A DNA stretch of 60,166 nt, filler included, from Sphacelaria rigidula (GCA_964200075.2; 8 parts of 8 records of this genome joined end to end with filler, not necessarily neighbours in it); one strand, 5' to 3'; positions 42,222-55,174 are shown, counted from the whole stretch's first letter. Notes: generated from the sequence alone by a model not told the origin. Numbers and translations: made by a program.

Positions 42222-43493
42222 CGCCACATGCATAGCTCCGTTGCCACCGCAAGCTCCTGCAATCGACATCGTCGCGGAATGCTGAACACGTGTAGGCAAC
42301 CGCCGCCGTGGACTGCAATCACTGACTCCGACTGATTGGGACTCATGGCCGCTCGATCGGCCGCGGCAGGATACCTCACAGTTCGTCCCCGGTGCCACAA
42401 ATCTAACACAGACACGTGCCCCGCATCCTGCTGAGTCTCGACGTCTTCTGGTGCCGTCGCTCGTTCCAATGTCGTCGTGTTGCCCGCGTACCCCGCCTCT
42501 CCATCGACCGTCTCGGGGGGACGTCCGGTGCAGCACACACAGAGCAGACGGGCGTTGGACGACAGAACGCCACCGCCAATCGCTGCACGCAACACTCCCC
42601 CGAGCTCCACGCCATATTCGGAGAGGGACATCGATCGCGTACACGAAATCGAGCCGTTGCGTGTCTGCCTTCCTTCCATTGCAGCTTTCCCCATCAATGG
42701 ATGTCGTTGTCCTGCCGCCGAGCCTTGAGCCACCTCCGGTTCCGCTCCGGTGCCGCAGACAGGCACACCTGCGGGCCGTGCATCCCACCAAGAATTAACC
42801 CCGACCGCGGCGGCGCCACCAACGCTGGTAGCAGCAGACGCAGACGAACGGTCGCCAAAGGCTGGCATCAGGTCGACCAACTCCTCCGTTTCGCTGCCAC
42901 GCGGTGTCACCCGCGTTCCGGGCGATACCACCGCCGCCACCGCCGTCGCTGCGGTCGCCGGAGACCGGCTGTTCGCATCTCGGTCGGACTGCGCCGACGC
43001 CCCAGTGATCGACCCACTGCTCGTCACGCTGCCTACATGACCTTCGGCAGCCACCGCTTCGAAGTACGGCGGGGGCTCCGATCCTGCGGAGGGTGTCTTT
43101 GTCGATCCCTGTATTACCGTATCATACGCGGGAGGGGGTGGCGGCACCGGCTGCCCTTGTTGCTGCTGGTGCAACAGTGCCCCCCCACTTGTATTCTCCC
43201 CACCTATTCCACCGGCGGCCACTTTCACTCCGCCAACCGCCGACCATACCTTGCTATTGCTCCCAGCCCCACTCCCGCTCCTGCCGTTGACCATATTGCT
43301 GCTGCTGCTCGTGCTGTGCACTGGATCGAACAACTGCAGTAAGTCTACGCTTTGTGAGGTTCCTGTGCCTGCCGCCGAACTGCCGCTGCTCCCGTGAGAA
43401 TGGTCGTTTTTCTGCCCGCTCTCGTGTATCGCGCTAACCTTGTCCAGCACCTCCGGCAGCGTCGGCCGAGCGCCGGGATTTTCGGCGCAACAT
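42222..43493 (-). CDS. Exon: probable kinase C-terminus, low-complexity linker and first part of a clathrin terminal-domain-like propeller
   Basis: Acceptor tgtccag, donor GTGAGC. CCAENPGARPTLPEVL resembles kinase subdomain XI. VSVLDLWHRGRTVRYPAAADRAAMSPNQSESVIAVHGGGCLHVFSI aligns by eye to clathrin [39 protein letters not shown]. Confidence 0.85.
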
Positions 43494-45100
43494 CTGGACA
43501 CAACGATTGGGTTCGTAGTTCAGATTTCGATGCCCGCACAGGGGGGCGACGGGGGGGGGGAAGGGCGTACTCATTTGATGCTTGCCTAGTTCGTTTGACC
43601 GTTGAGCACGCATCTCTTTCGAGACGGAGCACTCCGCAGGGGGGCAAGTTTTCAATTATTCCCCTGAGCTCATGTGGCTTATACCGTACGTGGCCTTTAC
43701 AGACGGCCTATTGCCGCTCGCGCTTGCTATTCTGAGAGCTTGAGGTCTGCACGGTCTGACTATGCTGCGCGTGCCGGCGTACTTACTCCCTGATGAACGA
43801 GGGTCACAACGGTGCGTTGACGTTGGCGGTCTACTCTTACAGGTTACGTCTTCACTCACGAGAGTTTCTTGGATCTTGGGTATTGAGGAGACACTTCTGA
43901 ATCAAATTACGAGAAGGACGCTATTGCGATCGGCAAACACAACATCATCTGAGGCCGTATCTTATAAAAGAAAAATCGACTCGAAAACATGCAGTCGAAT
44001 GGAATCGGTCGCTACGAGGCCGTATCAGAAACGTCCACGGCATTCACGTTCTCAGATGGATTCAAGTCCATTCTACAATTCGTTGCGCGCGACGGGCAGG
44101 CTCGAAAACAGACAAGCTTAGCTTTTTCGAGCGAAACGAGCGGCGGAATGAACGAAGGGGCACGTAACTCATATGTTGGGGGCAACCGTGCCAGATACCA
44201 CCGTTTCAGAGAACTACGCAGAACCCAAATGGGTCATTCGCAGACACCTACTCAACCCTGCGGCATAGATCACGAACTGAGCACAGGGATACACATACTG
44301 CAGTGGTAGGAAATCAACACCACCACTATTTTGGCATGATGTGTGTCTTCTTTGTTGGGCGAAAACTCGGGCATCTAATTTTGTGGCAGGGTCCACCGAC
44401 GGAGTTGCGTGTTGGGGTGGGCGATCGAATTGCCAACGCGCTCATGCACAGTAGAGGCGGTGCAAAGCTGCACGTGATTAGAATCTGCTATGCATCCTCC
44501 CGTATGTCGCGTTGCCCGCTTCTTTTCTACATCGCGCCTGCATGCTGTGCGAAACACACACCATCTGGACAACAGTACAGTACAGACCGCCTCTGTTGTA
44601 CAGTCTGTACTGCGTGACTGTACTGTCTGTTGAATGTAAGTATAGAAGTACCGCTTTACAAATTTCGCCTGGCCTTTTCGATTCAAAGCGTGCAAATTCG
44701 CTCGAACCCAAACGTAGTAAACGAACTGAATCAGTTCCGCCGCACGAACTCGTTCGAGTCGAAAAGAAATGTCAAGACACGGTCTGATCCAAACTGTACA
44801 GAACTACTGGTGAGTATGGAACATGACGTCGTGTACAATGGGCGAGAATGTCCCAAAACCTTTATGGTGACGCGGTTTGAAAGTGTAAAAAATGCAGCAT
44901 AGCTCCAAGTTGAACCGCGGAAATCGCACGGCACGCACACCCATTAGAAGATGATTGACAGTCGCACAGAGTGGAATCAATCATGAGAACCCATTTCAGC
45001 TACACTAGCAAGCTCCTAAAGTGGGCGCATGATGATGCATGCCATAGTCATCAGACCATTGACCTCGCATCCCTACAAAGCCAGGACGGAGCACGCCGAG

Positions 45101-45200
45101 NNNNNNNNNNNNNNNNNNNNNNNNNNNNNNNNNNNNNNNNNNNNTTAATTAATTAANNNNNNNNNNNNNNNNNNNNNNNNNNNNNNNNNNNNNNNNNNNN
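45101..45200. other. Artificial contig linker 6
   Basis: Same 100-bp spacer. Confidence 0.99.
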
Positions 45201-45949
45201 GACTTCGTCATCGGGCTAACTCGCTCGCGCTCGTCGAGCTTTCCCGAGTGATCCACTTTGCCTCAACCCCACGACTTACGGTCAATCCTTGACTACATAA
45301 CCCGAGGGAAATCATCGGCCACCTTCGACGGTTTCTACCGTCACCGGGAGTCTCACGACTTCCACAGAAAGCAAAAAATTACAAAAATCATCTCGTATGC
45401 ATCTATGATCCGGAAAGAAATGATTCTTCTCAAGTTTCGCCCAGATTTCTCAACTTTCAACTTTCTGCTGGAGAGGCCAAATCTGATCTCCTTCAACGTA
45501 CAAATCTCGCAAACGGCGAAGAATTCACGGGGACGACCATCATGATCGGCTTTTTCAAGACCTTGCACAGGAGCTGTCGTTTCTGGGTGGTTCGCAAGCG
45601 TCGGAGCTTTGAAGGGAATAAAAAAAAGGCACACTTTCGGTGTGTGTTCTTCATGAATTACTCGCCACCAATGCGGCACCTTCCCGTGGAACTCAGGACA
45701 TGGATCGATGGATCGCGGTAACCCTCCTCAGCTCTGCAAAGGCACTAGCCACGCCTTCGTTGGCTAACTGCGCAAGTATAGCGCATCTCTATATGCGGCG
45801 TTTGTCCTTTTCAAGCGCGGCGCAATTGATCGCAATGAAGGAGAGAGAAAAACAGACTGAATTTGTTCTTGGAAAAAGCCTCAGGTGGACTATTTCCGAC
45901 ATAACCAAAATGCATTTCCGACAAAGGTACATCGGGTCCGGCCTCAGAT

Positions 45950-46390
45950 ACTCTACCCAACTTTCGGGTAGATTGGGTATGACCTCAAATACTCTACTCA
46001 AATTTCGAATGAGATTGAGTATTATTTCAATACCCTACTTATTTTGGGTATGTCGAGTACGGCCTAAAACACTCGACTCAATGTTTGAGTAGGTCGAGTA
46101 CAGCCTCAAATACTAGACTCAAAATTTGAGTAGATTGAGTACGACCTCCAACGCTCTACTCAAATAATGAGTATGCACTCTCAGTAATACCTGAGTACAG
46201 AGAATCACTTGAGAATGACTTCATTACTCTACTCAATTTTTGAGTAGGTTGAGTACGGCCTCAAATACCTCACTCGGATTTTGAGTAGATTGAGCACGGC
46301 CTTAAATCCTCTACTCAAATATCGAGTACTCAAAAGTATGGCTCTTCGAAAATACTGACTTTTGAGTATACTCTACTCGACCTGCCCTTG
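45950..46390 (-). repeat. Same ~37-bp array family, opposite orientation
   Basis: Units TTTGAGTAGATTGAGTACGGCCTCAAATACTCTACTC, also ending TACTCTACTCGACCTGCCC. Confidence 0.85.
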
Positions 46391-46535
46391 GGAAAATCCT
46401 ACGCTCCTCCCCCGTTCACCAAACGTCCACCTCATGCCCCTTGTTCACCACAACCAGTTCGCCGCGACACAAGCTTCATCAGTCAGAACCTACAAATAAA
46501 ACTATCCTCTAAAGTACACCGAGCGTATGCAAAAA

Positions 46536-49500
46536 CTATTCTCGAAAGACTTGTCGGCCCGTCGCCCCGGGCCCCGTTGCGAGCTCTTCCAAGAAGGCTA
46601 TCCGCCACCTCTTGGTCGGATCAGCGAAAAAAAACTCGAACGTTCCTAGATATTTCAGAGGAAGGCGGCGGCACGGGCGAGTAAACATGCGAGCAACCAG
46701 ATGCACACGGTCTCGGGTGTGTGTATATAGAGGGAAGATTTGAGGAGCGCACAGTTATGTTAGATCGAGTACGCCGTAAAACCGTCCTCACTAGAGTTAT
46801 TGAGAATGTGTCTTGTCGTATGAGGAAATAGTTATAAGCGTGAACGGCTGCCCGTAGAGAGTACGTGTGAACGCAGATTCGAATGCATACCAACGGCTGG
46901 GAAACGTGGAATGGAGTTTTAAGGGAGGGGAATGGGAACAATCTTCTTGTCGCACGCTTCAGGAGTGGCTAATCGACACACCAGGCAATCGCTCCGACAA
47001 ACAAGACTGAAAAACCACAGATGCGTATCGTAGAAGTTTCGGTGCATTGACGGCGAACAGAGAGGGTGAGGGTTGGGGGTTGGGGGTGGAGGGGTTGAGG
47101 GAGCGCACTCACTCGCTGCTTGCCTCATAGCCATTTGACCATTAACCACGCATCCCTTTCGAGACAGAGCACGAGGGGGGGGAGGGGGATACTCATAATT
47201 TTGCATGCCGTAGTCGTAGGACCATTGACCTCGCATCCCTGCAAAGCCGGGACGGAGCACGCCGGGTTTTCGCCGGACCAGGCCCGCAATCAATCACCAA
47301 GCGCAAAGCGCCGTGATGTGTTCGGCAAGTCGCGTGAAGGGTGAGCGGCATCCTGCCAAGAATGTTCGGCCCGAAGCGAATCAGTTACTATCTCGCATGC
47401 GGACGATAACCTCGAATGAGTTGCTTCAATTTCTGGTATCGCTACTTCCAGAAACAGCCCCGGGTTGTGCACTGCCTCATGGTTGTCTCACCATTTTACC
47501 AGTGCGTAGACGATCATCCCTTTTGCGCGGGGTTGGGGTTCTCCACCTCGCGCAATATGACCTGACTAACTCGACCGCCATCATGGTTACCGTAAAACAA
47601 CTCAAGCGAGAAATAAAAGGGTAATTTGGTTGCCTAGGTTACGCAGTGAGTGACGTGTTCTACAGCGTCGTGGCCAACTGACGCCAACCCTCAAAAGGGG
47701 GATGGGGGGATATAGCTCAAGTGTTATTATAATACAGGCGTTCAAGGTACTTTACTGTGAAAATACTATTCTGAACAAGATTCTAGCAAGCATTCACATA
47801 ACAACATATCACCGTTCTCGCCGAGCACACGCCAAGAATTTCTATTGGAAGATTACTTACACGCAATACGAATCATAATCAACCAATTCACAATGCCCAC
47901 CACAGCCCAGTCGCACTCAAACCAAGACACTCCTGACAAGCTAAACAGGCGCATTTCACCCAAAAGAGACCGTCAACCGCGCTACAATATGTATACCAGG
48001 GACACTGACAAACGAACCAGACGAAGATGATGATGAGCTGCTATAGCTTCACGTAGTGGGCGGGAAAAAATAAGAAACATGAGAGGCATGCGGTATCACA
48101 CAAATAGGAACAGCCTGTTTCACTCACCGATGGTCACGTTGTCCAGGATGGGAATCTGCTCGCCTTTCGGTCGGACAATCTCGTTGCCTTTTGCGTTGAC
48201 CATGATCTTCTCCCGTACACAACACAGCTTGCATGTCACCTGTCGAGAATACGGCAACAGAAAGATCCGAAGCATGAGTTACCCGAGCGGGCGACCACGC
48301 GCATGCCAGCAGCGTGAGTACATTGTGAGGTGTGCGACAACCGCATCGTCTTGGGGACAAGTTGTGGGTGAAATTCGAACGTATCGGCGCGTTCGAAAAA
48401 AATCCACGCTGCACATATCCTACCGTCCGGGGGGAAACTCAGTGGTTTCGGGACAAATAGTGTTCCGCATATCGCAACCATGGGAGAAAATTCTTGGATT
48501 TGGGGGGGGCACTTGCACTTTGGATCTAGAGGTGTCGCGTGCCCGGTCCGGAAGAAACGTTTTGCTCCGGGAAAATCCGCACGTTCAGTGTAAGGATAGC
48601 GCTGCGCCACACAAGAAACGACGGAACCACCCGGGATTGTGTTCACCCTCCTTCGTTATGTGCCAGTCAATCAAATCAATGAAGCCTGTGCGGTAGTATT
48701 TACGGAGTTTGAACTTGGCAAATTGGAGAGCGATAGAACCAACACGAAGTTTGTGAAAACCAACGAACGGTGTCCACGACGTCGGTAGACGTGGATAGAA
48801 ATCAAAACGATAGACAAATGCTTGCCTGCCCCCACCCGATAGTCTTGTTCATTCGCTGGGGCCTGTGGTGCCTCATCTGAAGGACTTGGGCTGGTTCCCG
48901 AAATTCCAGTAGCCGAAATGCGCTGCGTGATCTCCCTTTTTTGACCGAGGCTTTGATCTCCGACTGGCGACCGGCAGTGTCAAGCGCATGATATGACGTG
49001 GTCCATACGGATAAGAACAACCCGCAGGCACACTCAGACGATACTGGGTGAAACAAACGCTTCATGAAGGCTGGGTAGGTGACGGGGAAATCTGCAGTAG
49101 ATGAAGTACAAACCTTTGGATGGTGATGTAACATTGGTACTTAATAGTGGTCAGAGTGAGTCCAAGAGAGCCGCCCAAGGCCAGAAGAACGCGCATTTTG
49201 GGTGTCGACAGGGGGTACGACTCGACTCCGCTGGGATGCAACCGCTGACAATGTTCACCGGGGTGAGGCGCAGGATATTCTATTGCTAATGCGTAGCACA
49301 CCATCTCTACATGGGGACACTCGACGCACATGTCAACTGCAGCACGACCCAAGAGGTTAATGCACGAGCTTACAATAACGATATACAGTACAGTGCAAAT
49401 GGTTGAACGTGAGAAAATGTACAGACAACATATCATACGTCAATAGATCTGGAGTCGCAACAACAACCACACAGCATCCACCATTCCAACGTTGAAAACA

Positions 49501-50739
49501 AAGGGACTCCACACAGCTCGATAAACAAGACAAAGCCTGCCGGCACAAAGGCGAAGCAAAAGTCCACAGAGGGCAGGTAGCGAAGCTGCTCAATACAGTC
49601 CACCACAGCCCACTGCCAACAGTCGTACAGTGCACCTTCAGAGTATCATAAAGCCCATCGGTGGTGACGCCGGCTAGCGTCGCAAAATCACCCTTCCTGT
49701 GCGCCTCAAGGAAGGTCGCGAAGTTTTCCTCCGCCACGGAAGGAAATTTCTTGGCGTGAAAGCCTGGTATGTGCTTCTGCATATCCGTAGCACGGATGAA
49801 GCATGGTTGAACAAAAGGGACAAGGACAAGGGTAAAAATGGAGGGGGGATGGGGGGGGGCAACAAAATAAGCTAATCAGTGTTGAAACGAGAGTAAAAAA
49901 CGAGTTGTACATGAAATAACAGAGAACGCACACTTGAACCGTACCGTACCACAATCAAGGACAATATCACGCGTCTGCACAGACGTTATGTACACAAGAA
50001 CAAACGCACGCGGGGTGTGTGCGTAAAGCAAACAAAAAACAACGGGAGAACATGGAGGTGATCATCATACATACTTCTGCGGTATCGCTACTACGACTTC
50101 CTGACATGTTCCTCCGCAATATCTAAGCGCCGCACGTGGTGAGAGCCAACAACGTAAGCTAGTATCTTCTCATCTTGGGGCTATCGAAGGTAGCATGCCG
50201 ATCCATCTGTCAAACCCACACTGAAGGACAGAGGAGAGGGGGCAAGGAGATAGTGGGCATCAACCTACGCGGTTTCGTGTTCCCAAAGATCACCGTTCGG
50301 TTGCACGACGCGGAAATGTCACCTACGGAATGGAGCATCATGTTTTCCATGAGAATATACGGCAAATGCCTGAGCAAGGTGCATGCCGTTCGGCATTTGG
50401 GAGCGAGCCAGCACCTGAAATCAGTTTCGTTTTAAAATTCCCCATGATCCGGCCGTTTTAATCATCGTACCGGTTGACATCGTGAGCGCGTCAGCAAACT
50501 ATTCGTCGAGCTCAGTGCTGGTGGGAGCGAGCACGCCACAGATGCAACCAAGTCAAGGTGTAAGAAGGACCTGAATCATGCCTTGAGATATGCCAGACAC
50601 CAAATGTCCCCTGACGACGGCCACTCGCGTTTTCAGCCCTCCCTTGCTCCATATCGCAGGCAAGGGCGTTCCACCTGGGCCTCGGTAGACGTAGGGGTCG
50701 AAGATGGCTCCTGAGCTCCTCACCACTTCTCGTGACACC
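46536..50739 (-). CDS. MRPL45: Mitochondrial ribosomal protein mL45 / Tim44-like domain protein (5 exons to stop; 5' exon unresolved)
   Basis: Exons 50739-50571, 49776-49636, 48963-48826, 48239-48128, 46645-46536 splice in phase: SSGAIFDPYV...SKGGLKTR...FHAKKFPSVAEENF...LAGVTTDGLYDTLK...GQ|VTCKL...TFE...KRWRI. Confidence 0.82.
47183..47710 (+). repeat. Abundant ~520-bp dispersed repeat bounded by G-runs, full-length copy
   Basis: Starts GGGGGatactcat...gacctcgcatccct...gccggaccagg and ends gacgccaaccc...GGGGG. Homologous segments occur in most contigs. Confidence 0.88.
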
Positions 50740-52633
50740 CTGCTTCGGTTTTTCCCACAGCAAGAGCGCGTGTGCGTGTGTGCGTGTAGAGGTGCGTTCA
50801 GGAAAATATTCGAGGGGCAGAAATTAAAACCAAGTGAAACAGCGAGCAAACAACGAGGAACAGGGAAGGTTGCGTGTGTTGTATATTTCAAGCAGACGAA
50901 GGTCACAGAAGAACGAAGAATGACTAGTATTTGTTCACCACCCGGGGGTGCCAGCACTCCACAGCGCACTGTTGTACTGTGAGTGACGGTCATGAGCAAA
51001 TCGCGGCACATGCCCATGCTGCCCAGACCGTGTCCATGTGCGGGAAACGTTGGGCCGATGGGCAAGGTCAGGTCACCTACGTGGAGATATATGTGGCTTG
51101 CGGGGAGCGTAGCATGGCGGTGCTGAGGTAGCAGACGCGTGTGCAGAAGTGTGCCGCATTGTGCCGTACTGGACGTGCGCCCAGCTAGAATTTCATATAA
51201 AACGACTCAACACACCTCTCATGACTCATGACGATAAATCAGAGTATTTAGTTGTAGTCCCCGCCCTCACAATGTAACCACATAACCGGCGGCTTGTGGT
51301 ACACTTTCGATGGTGTCTACAGCCGAAATGCTCCAATTTCCATATTTTATGGACCATGGACCCGAACGAAAAGTGGCGTGTTGCAACTGAGAATTTTCTG
51401 TCTACGAGTGTGCTGCTGGGTAGGGGGGTAGGTGGATCAAAAGGACATACGGTCGCACATTGTTCGCGAAAAGCATTGGGGCACGCACAGGAACAACCCA
51501 GCCCCCGCGCAACAGGTCCAAGGTTGGTCCTTGCCCAGCTACCGAGGCGAGGCCTGGTTTGACGGCGACCCGGTCGTTGTTCCAAAACCTCCAACAACTG
51601 ACATGCGCTGCTGGGACGGTGCATATTGTTGCCTTTTATACCGATTGCCAGCAACACCAACCAAAAAGACTCAAGAGACGTGCAAGAGGGCAGCTGCCGC
51701 TCACCACACCCTTTCGGTACCGCGGGCATCTGCAGCGGTGTGTCAAGTCGCTTACAAGTGTTCCCTGACAGCAGGAACTGCGTAGTGTGACAGATCACAA
51801 ATCAGTACCGTTCTCGGGGTAGGTAGAGCCTGTTGTGCACAAATAAATATTTGGACAGAGGATTTGAGCAGCGATCCTGGTACTCTCGTGGCAGGACTGG
51901 CCCACCTCGACCGTGTTTTGATCTTGCGTGCATGTCACATCGTCTCAATCGTGCACCCTCTTTTGAATTGTTTTCTGCACTGCGGCTACAGCTAATGCTG
52001 AAACTCTTTCGTGCACATGAACTTCGTTCATCAGCGGCCGAACATAACGGTCAGCGTGTCATCGTCCTTCACTGAACACGGTTTACTGTACTGCATGCTG
52101 TTCCTGTCACTGTTCACTCTTTCACAATAACACTGCAGACAGTGAAGCTATGTTCATCAACATCCAGGAAGGGCGTTAGACTACGAGCAGGGCAAAGAGC
52201 ACGACATTTACTTCCTATTTTCTACGATCAAGTGGTCTTTACCCAAATGGTCAAAAACAGCTGCGCTGCAAGATCATCTGTCGGATATCTACAAGGAAAC
52301 AAAATGCCAAAACTGACCACTAAAAATAAATCAAAGTGGTCATTCCCTTCATTTCAAGCTTCTTTCCCGGATTGGTGTTCTCCTCTGAAATTTTTCACAC
52401 GCCCACCGTTAACTGCGTGACCTTTTTTTTCTATGGTGAGGCACCCATGAGGTAGTGTATAAGCCGTGGCTGTCTCTGGAAGTGGCGATACCAGACAATA
52501 AAGCAACTCATTGTAGGCTGTCAAGATAATCAGTAGGCTTCGGGCCAAACAATCTTAGCAGGATGCAGCTCACTCTTCATGCGACTCGCCGAATACACCA
52601 CGGCGCTTCGCGCTTGGTGATTGAGTGCGAACC

Positions 52634-52733
52634 NNNNNNNNNNNNNNNNNNNNNNNNNNNNNNNNNNNNNNNNNNNNTTAATTAATTAANNNNNNNNNNN
52701 NNNNNNNNNNNNNNNNNNNNNNNNNNNNNNNNN
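52634..52733. other. Artificial contig linker 7
   Basis: Same 100-bp spacer. Confidence 0.99.
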
Positions 52734-53899
52734 CGAAGATTTTAATCCTCCGGGTTCTCATCCTCAATCAAAAGCACCATCCTCAACATAGATGATTGGC
52801 TGTTGAGAGGAGCCTAGCCCACTTTTCAGATTCGCTTGGCTCCGAGGTTTCGAGAGCGGCCGCTGAACAATCGCCCGTATCCAATCAACTCGGTGCGGTA
52901 CCTCAGGAACTACCGCGCAGCATAGCTATATATATACAGGTAGCACCGTCTACCGACACAACACTACTAACGGACAAGAACAGGCGCGAACACGGATAGA
53001 TAGACAGAACACCAGTGAACAGGAACAAGCACCAGAAGGCACCGCACCAACTCAAAGGCAAAGCAACAATTACCAGAGCATCCTTGGTATCTTCGGGGTC
53101 CTGAACATCCGGTCCTCGAGGCCCCTGAACAACACCCGCGAGGATTCTCCCTCACGACCAACTCTCTGGCCTGACACGAGAGGCTCACGACGCTCAGATA
53201 TGCGTACCAGGTATCGAATATTCATATATCCATAATATATATATTGACATATCAAAAGATCGTCAATTATTTATCGTGGCAAGACTTGCAAAAAATTATG
53301 TATTGGTCGTGAGTACTCGTACAGTTTTGATCAATCGTGACGGTACTACTATGATATTGCAACGCGGGGTCCTGTCGATGTTCGGTCGGACATTCTCCGG
53401 GTGGGAAATCGGAAAAGTCGACGGGGGATATTCGAAGCCACCGTTTATCACGGGCCTGAGGAAAAACAAGAGGCATACCCGTTGTCACCTTTTAGGGATA
53501 CAGGGATCAGAATGTTCCCTGCGATATCTCCGACGTCCGTTAGCTACTCCCGCACGCGAAGCGGAAAATAATGTCGCAAGGGATTCACCCTTGGACCGCC
53601 AGGGTGGGTCGTCTGTTAAATTGGCATCGCATTCACTTGAAAGTTACCACATGGCCTAGATAACCTACCCTAACGGGCAAAGGGTTCACCTACTCTAACA
53701 ACGGAAAACCAGAAATTATGGCGGGGAAATAAATATCTGACTCTTTTAACTCTTAGACGGCGAGAGTAGGTCATCTGTCGAATCGGCATCAATTTCACTT
53801 GCAAACAGTATCCACGACGATCCTTCTAGATGGACTACCCTCGCGGTCTAAGGGTTAAGAGGTATCGAATTCGGCTGGTTGCCGGTTTCGTGGTTTGTT

Positions 53900-54805
53900 T
53901 AGGCCTGACTGGGCCCTTTATGCTCCTCTTTTCTCCTACTACAATATATGCCACCACTTTTATCCAGTTTTTTCCAGATTATGCTCCAATAAAGGTGGAA
54001 TATGCTGCAATTATTCTCCATTATGCTTTTGTGCCACCTCACACAAAACGATGTCACGCTTCTTTTGTGCTGGCCACCAAGCAGGAATATGCATCAAATA
54101 TGATTCGCAGACATCAGTGCCGAGAATCTGCGAGGCAGTGCACGCCGTGTGCCGTGCGTTCGTAGTGCATTTGGTTGTTGTCGTTGTATCACAGCCTCAC
54201 GCCGAAATAATAAACATACTATCGGAACAGAAACTGGCCTCTTTTCGGCCCGTTGTGTGCTGCTGCAAGCCGCAAGCCCAGATTCAGCGATGTGGGCTTG
54301 TTTTGTGGACTTCACATGGCATGTGGGCGAGATTCCAGTGCGATGCAGCGCCGACAGTGCACGTACGATCGTATCTCCCGTACTGAGTACCTCTACCGGG
54401 CAATGTGTGTCCGAGATTTCTTCAAATGGCCATTATCCACACGGTATGGCACCGTTGTAGGGATAAAACCAGGCGCATTATCGCTGGCTGGCGCCTGTGC
54501 CATACCTGGTACCTCTGTACCTCTGTGTCCTCTCTCTCTCTGTGTCCCCTCTCTCGTAGCTCGTGGCTGTATGCTGTACACTTAGTACACTGTACTGCAC
54601 GCTGTTTTTTGTGTTTGGTTGCAGAGGTCATGCTCCACCATCGAAATAGCCGGTGATGGTTTTTATGCTACCGGATTATTATGCCGTTAAATGGAGAATT
54701 ATGCTAGCTCAGCCCTGATCATGCTGACATTATGCTCGTATGCTAATTCGGGCAAAAAAGACGGGTTATGCTAGAAATTTTGCCGGCACAAAGGACTCAG
54801 GCCTA
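53900..54805. mobile_element. 906-bp non-autonomous hAT-type element
   Basis: TIR TAGGCCTGA...TCAGGCCTA, 8-bp TSD GGTTTGTT/GGTTTATT (one mismatch), and many subterminal TTATGCT motifs at both ends. Confidence 0.8.
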
Positions 54806-55174
54806 GGTTTATTTTGTTCGATTCAATCAAGGGAAATTGATGGCGATTCATCAGGTGATGAGACCCTTTGACCGCCAGGTTAGGCCCTCCCATGAATCGC
54901 CGTCACTTTCACTTGAAAAATAGTACAAAACCCAGAGCCTGCAAATTAACCAGGAAACTGAGAACCGAGTTTGAGATACTTGTATTATATCGCTTGAAGG
55001 GTTGCTATGGTCACTGTGTACATTTATGTTTGCTCCAGCCGCATTCTGCAGCGGTTGCGATTAACATTGTACTACTGTGACGTTTACAACTACAGGTATA
55101 TTGTAGGTACAGGTATGTCAAGTGGAATATTCCGTGTTTTTAACGCATACTTCAAAGTATATTATGGGTACATT

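Noticed and set aside
40371-43342. Long plus-strand ORFs (40371-40970, 40586-41203, 42416-43342)
   Set aside because: Antisense shadows of GC-rich minus-strand exons
40304-43493. Canonical clathrin heavy chain gene
   Set aside because: The propeller is C-terminal, very divergent, preceded by unrelated sequence and followed by a stop, and no CHCR-like exons were seen downstream
43500-45100. Upstream kinase exons
   Set aside because: No segment with recognisable kinase motifs and splice sites was found. They probably lie beyond the contig
30999-50739. Apparent cluster of mitochondrial genes (cardiolipin synthase, mL45)
   Set aside because: They are on different contigs joined artificially
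52801-53249. Solo LTR candidates with TG...CA ends (also 21426-21646)
   Set aside because: No matching TSD or second copy in the window
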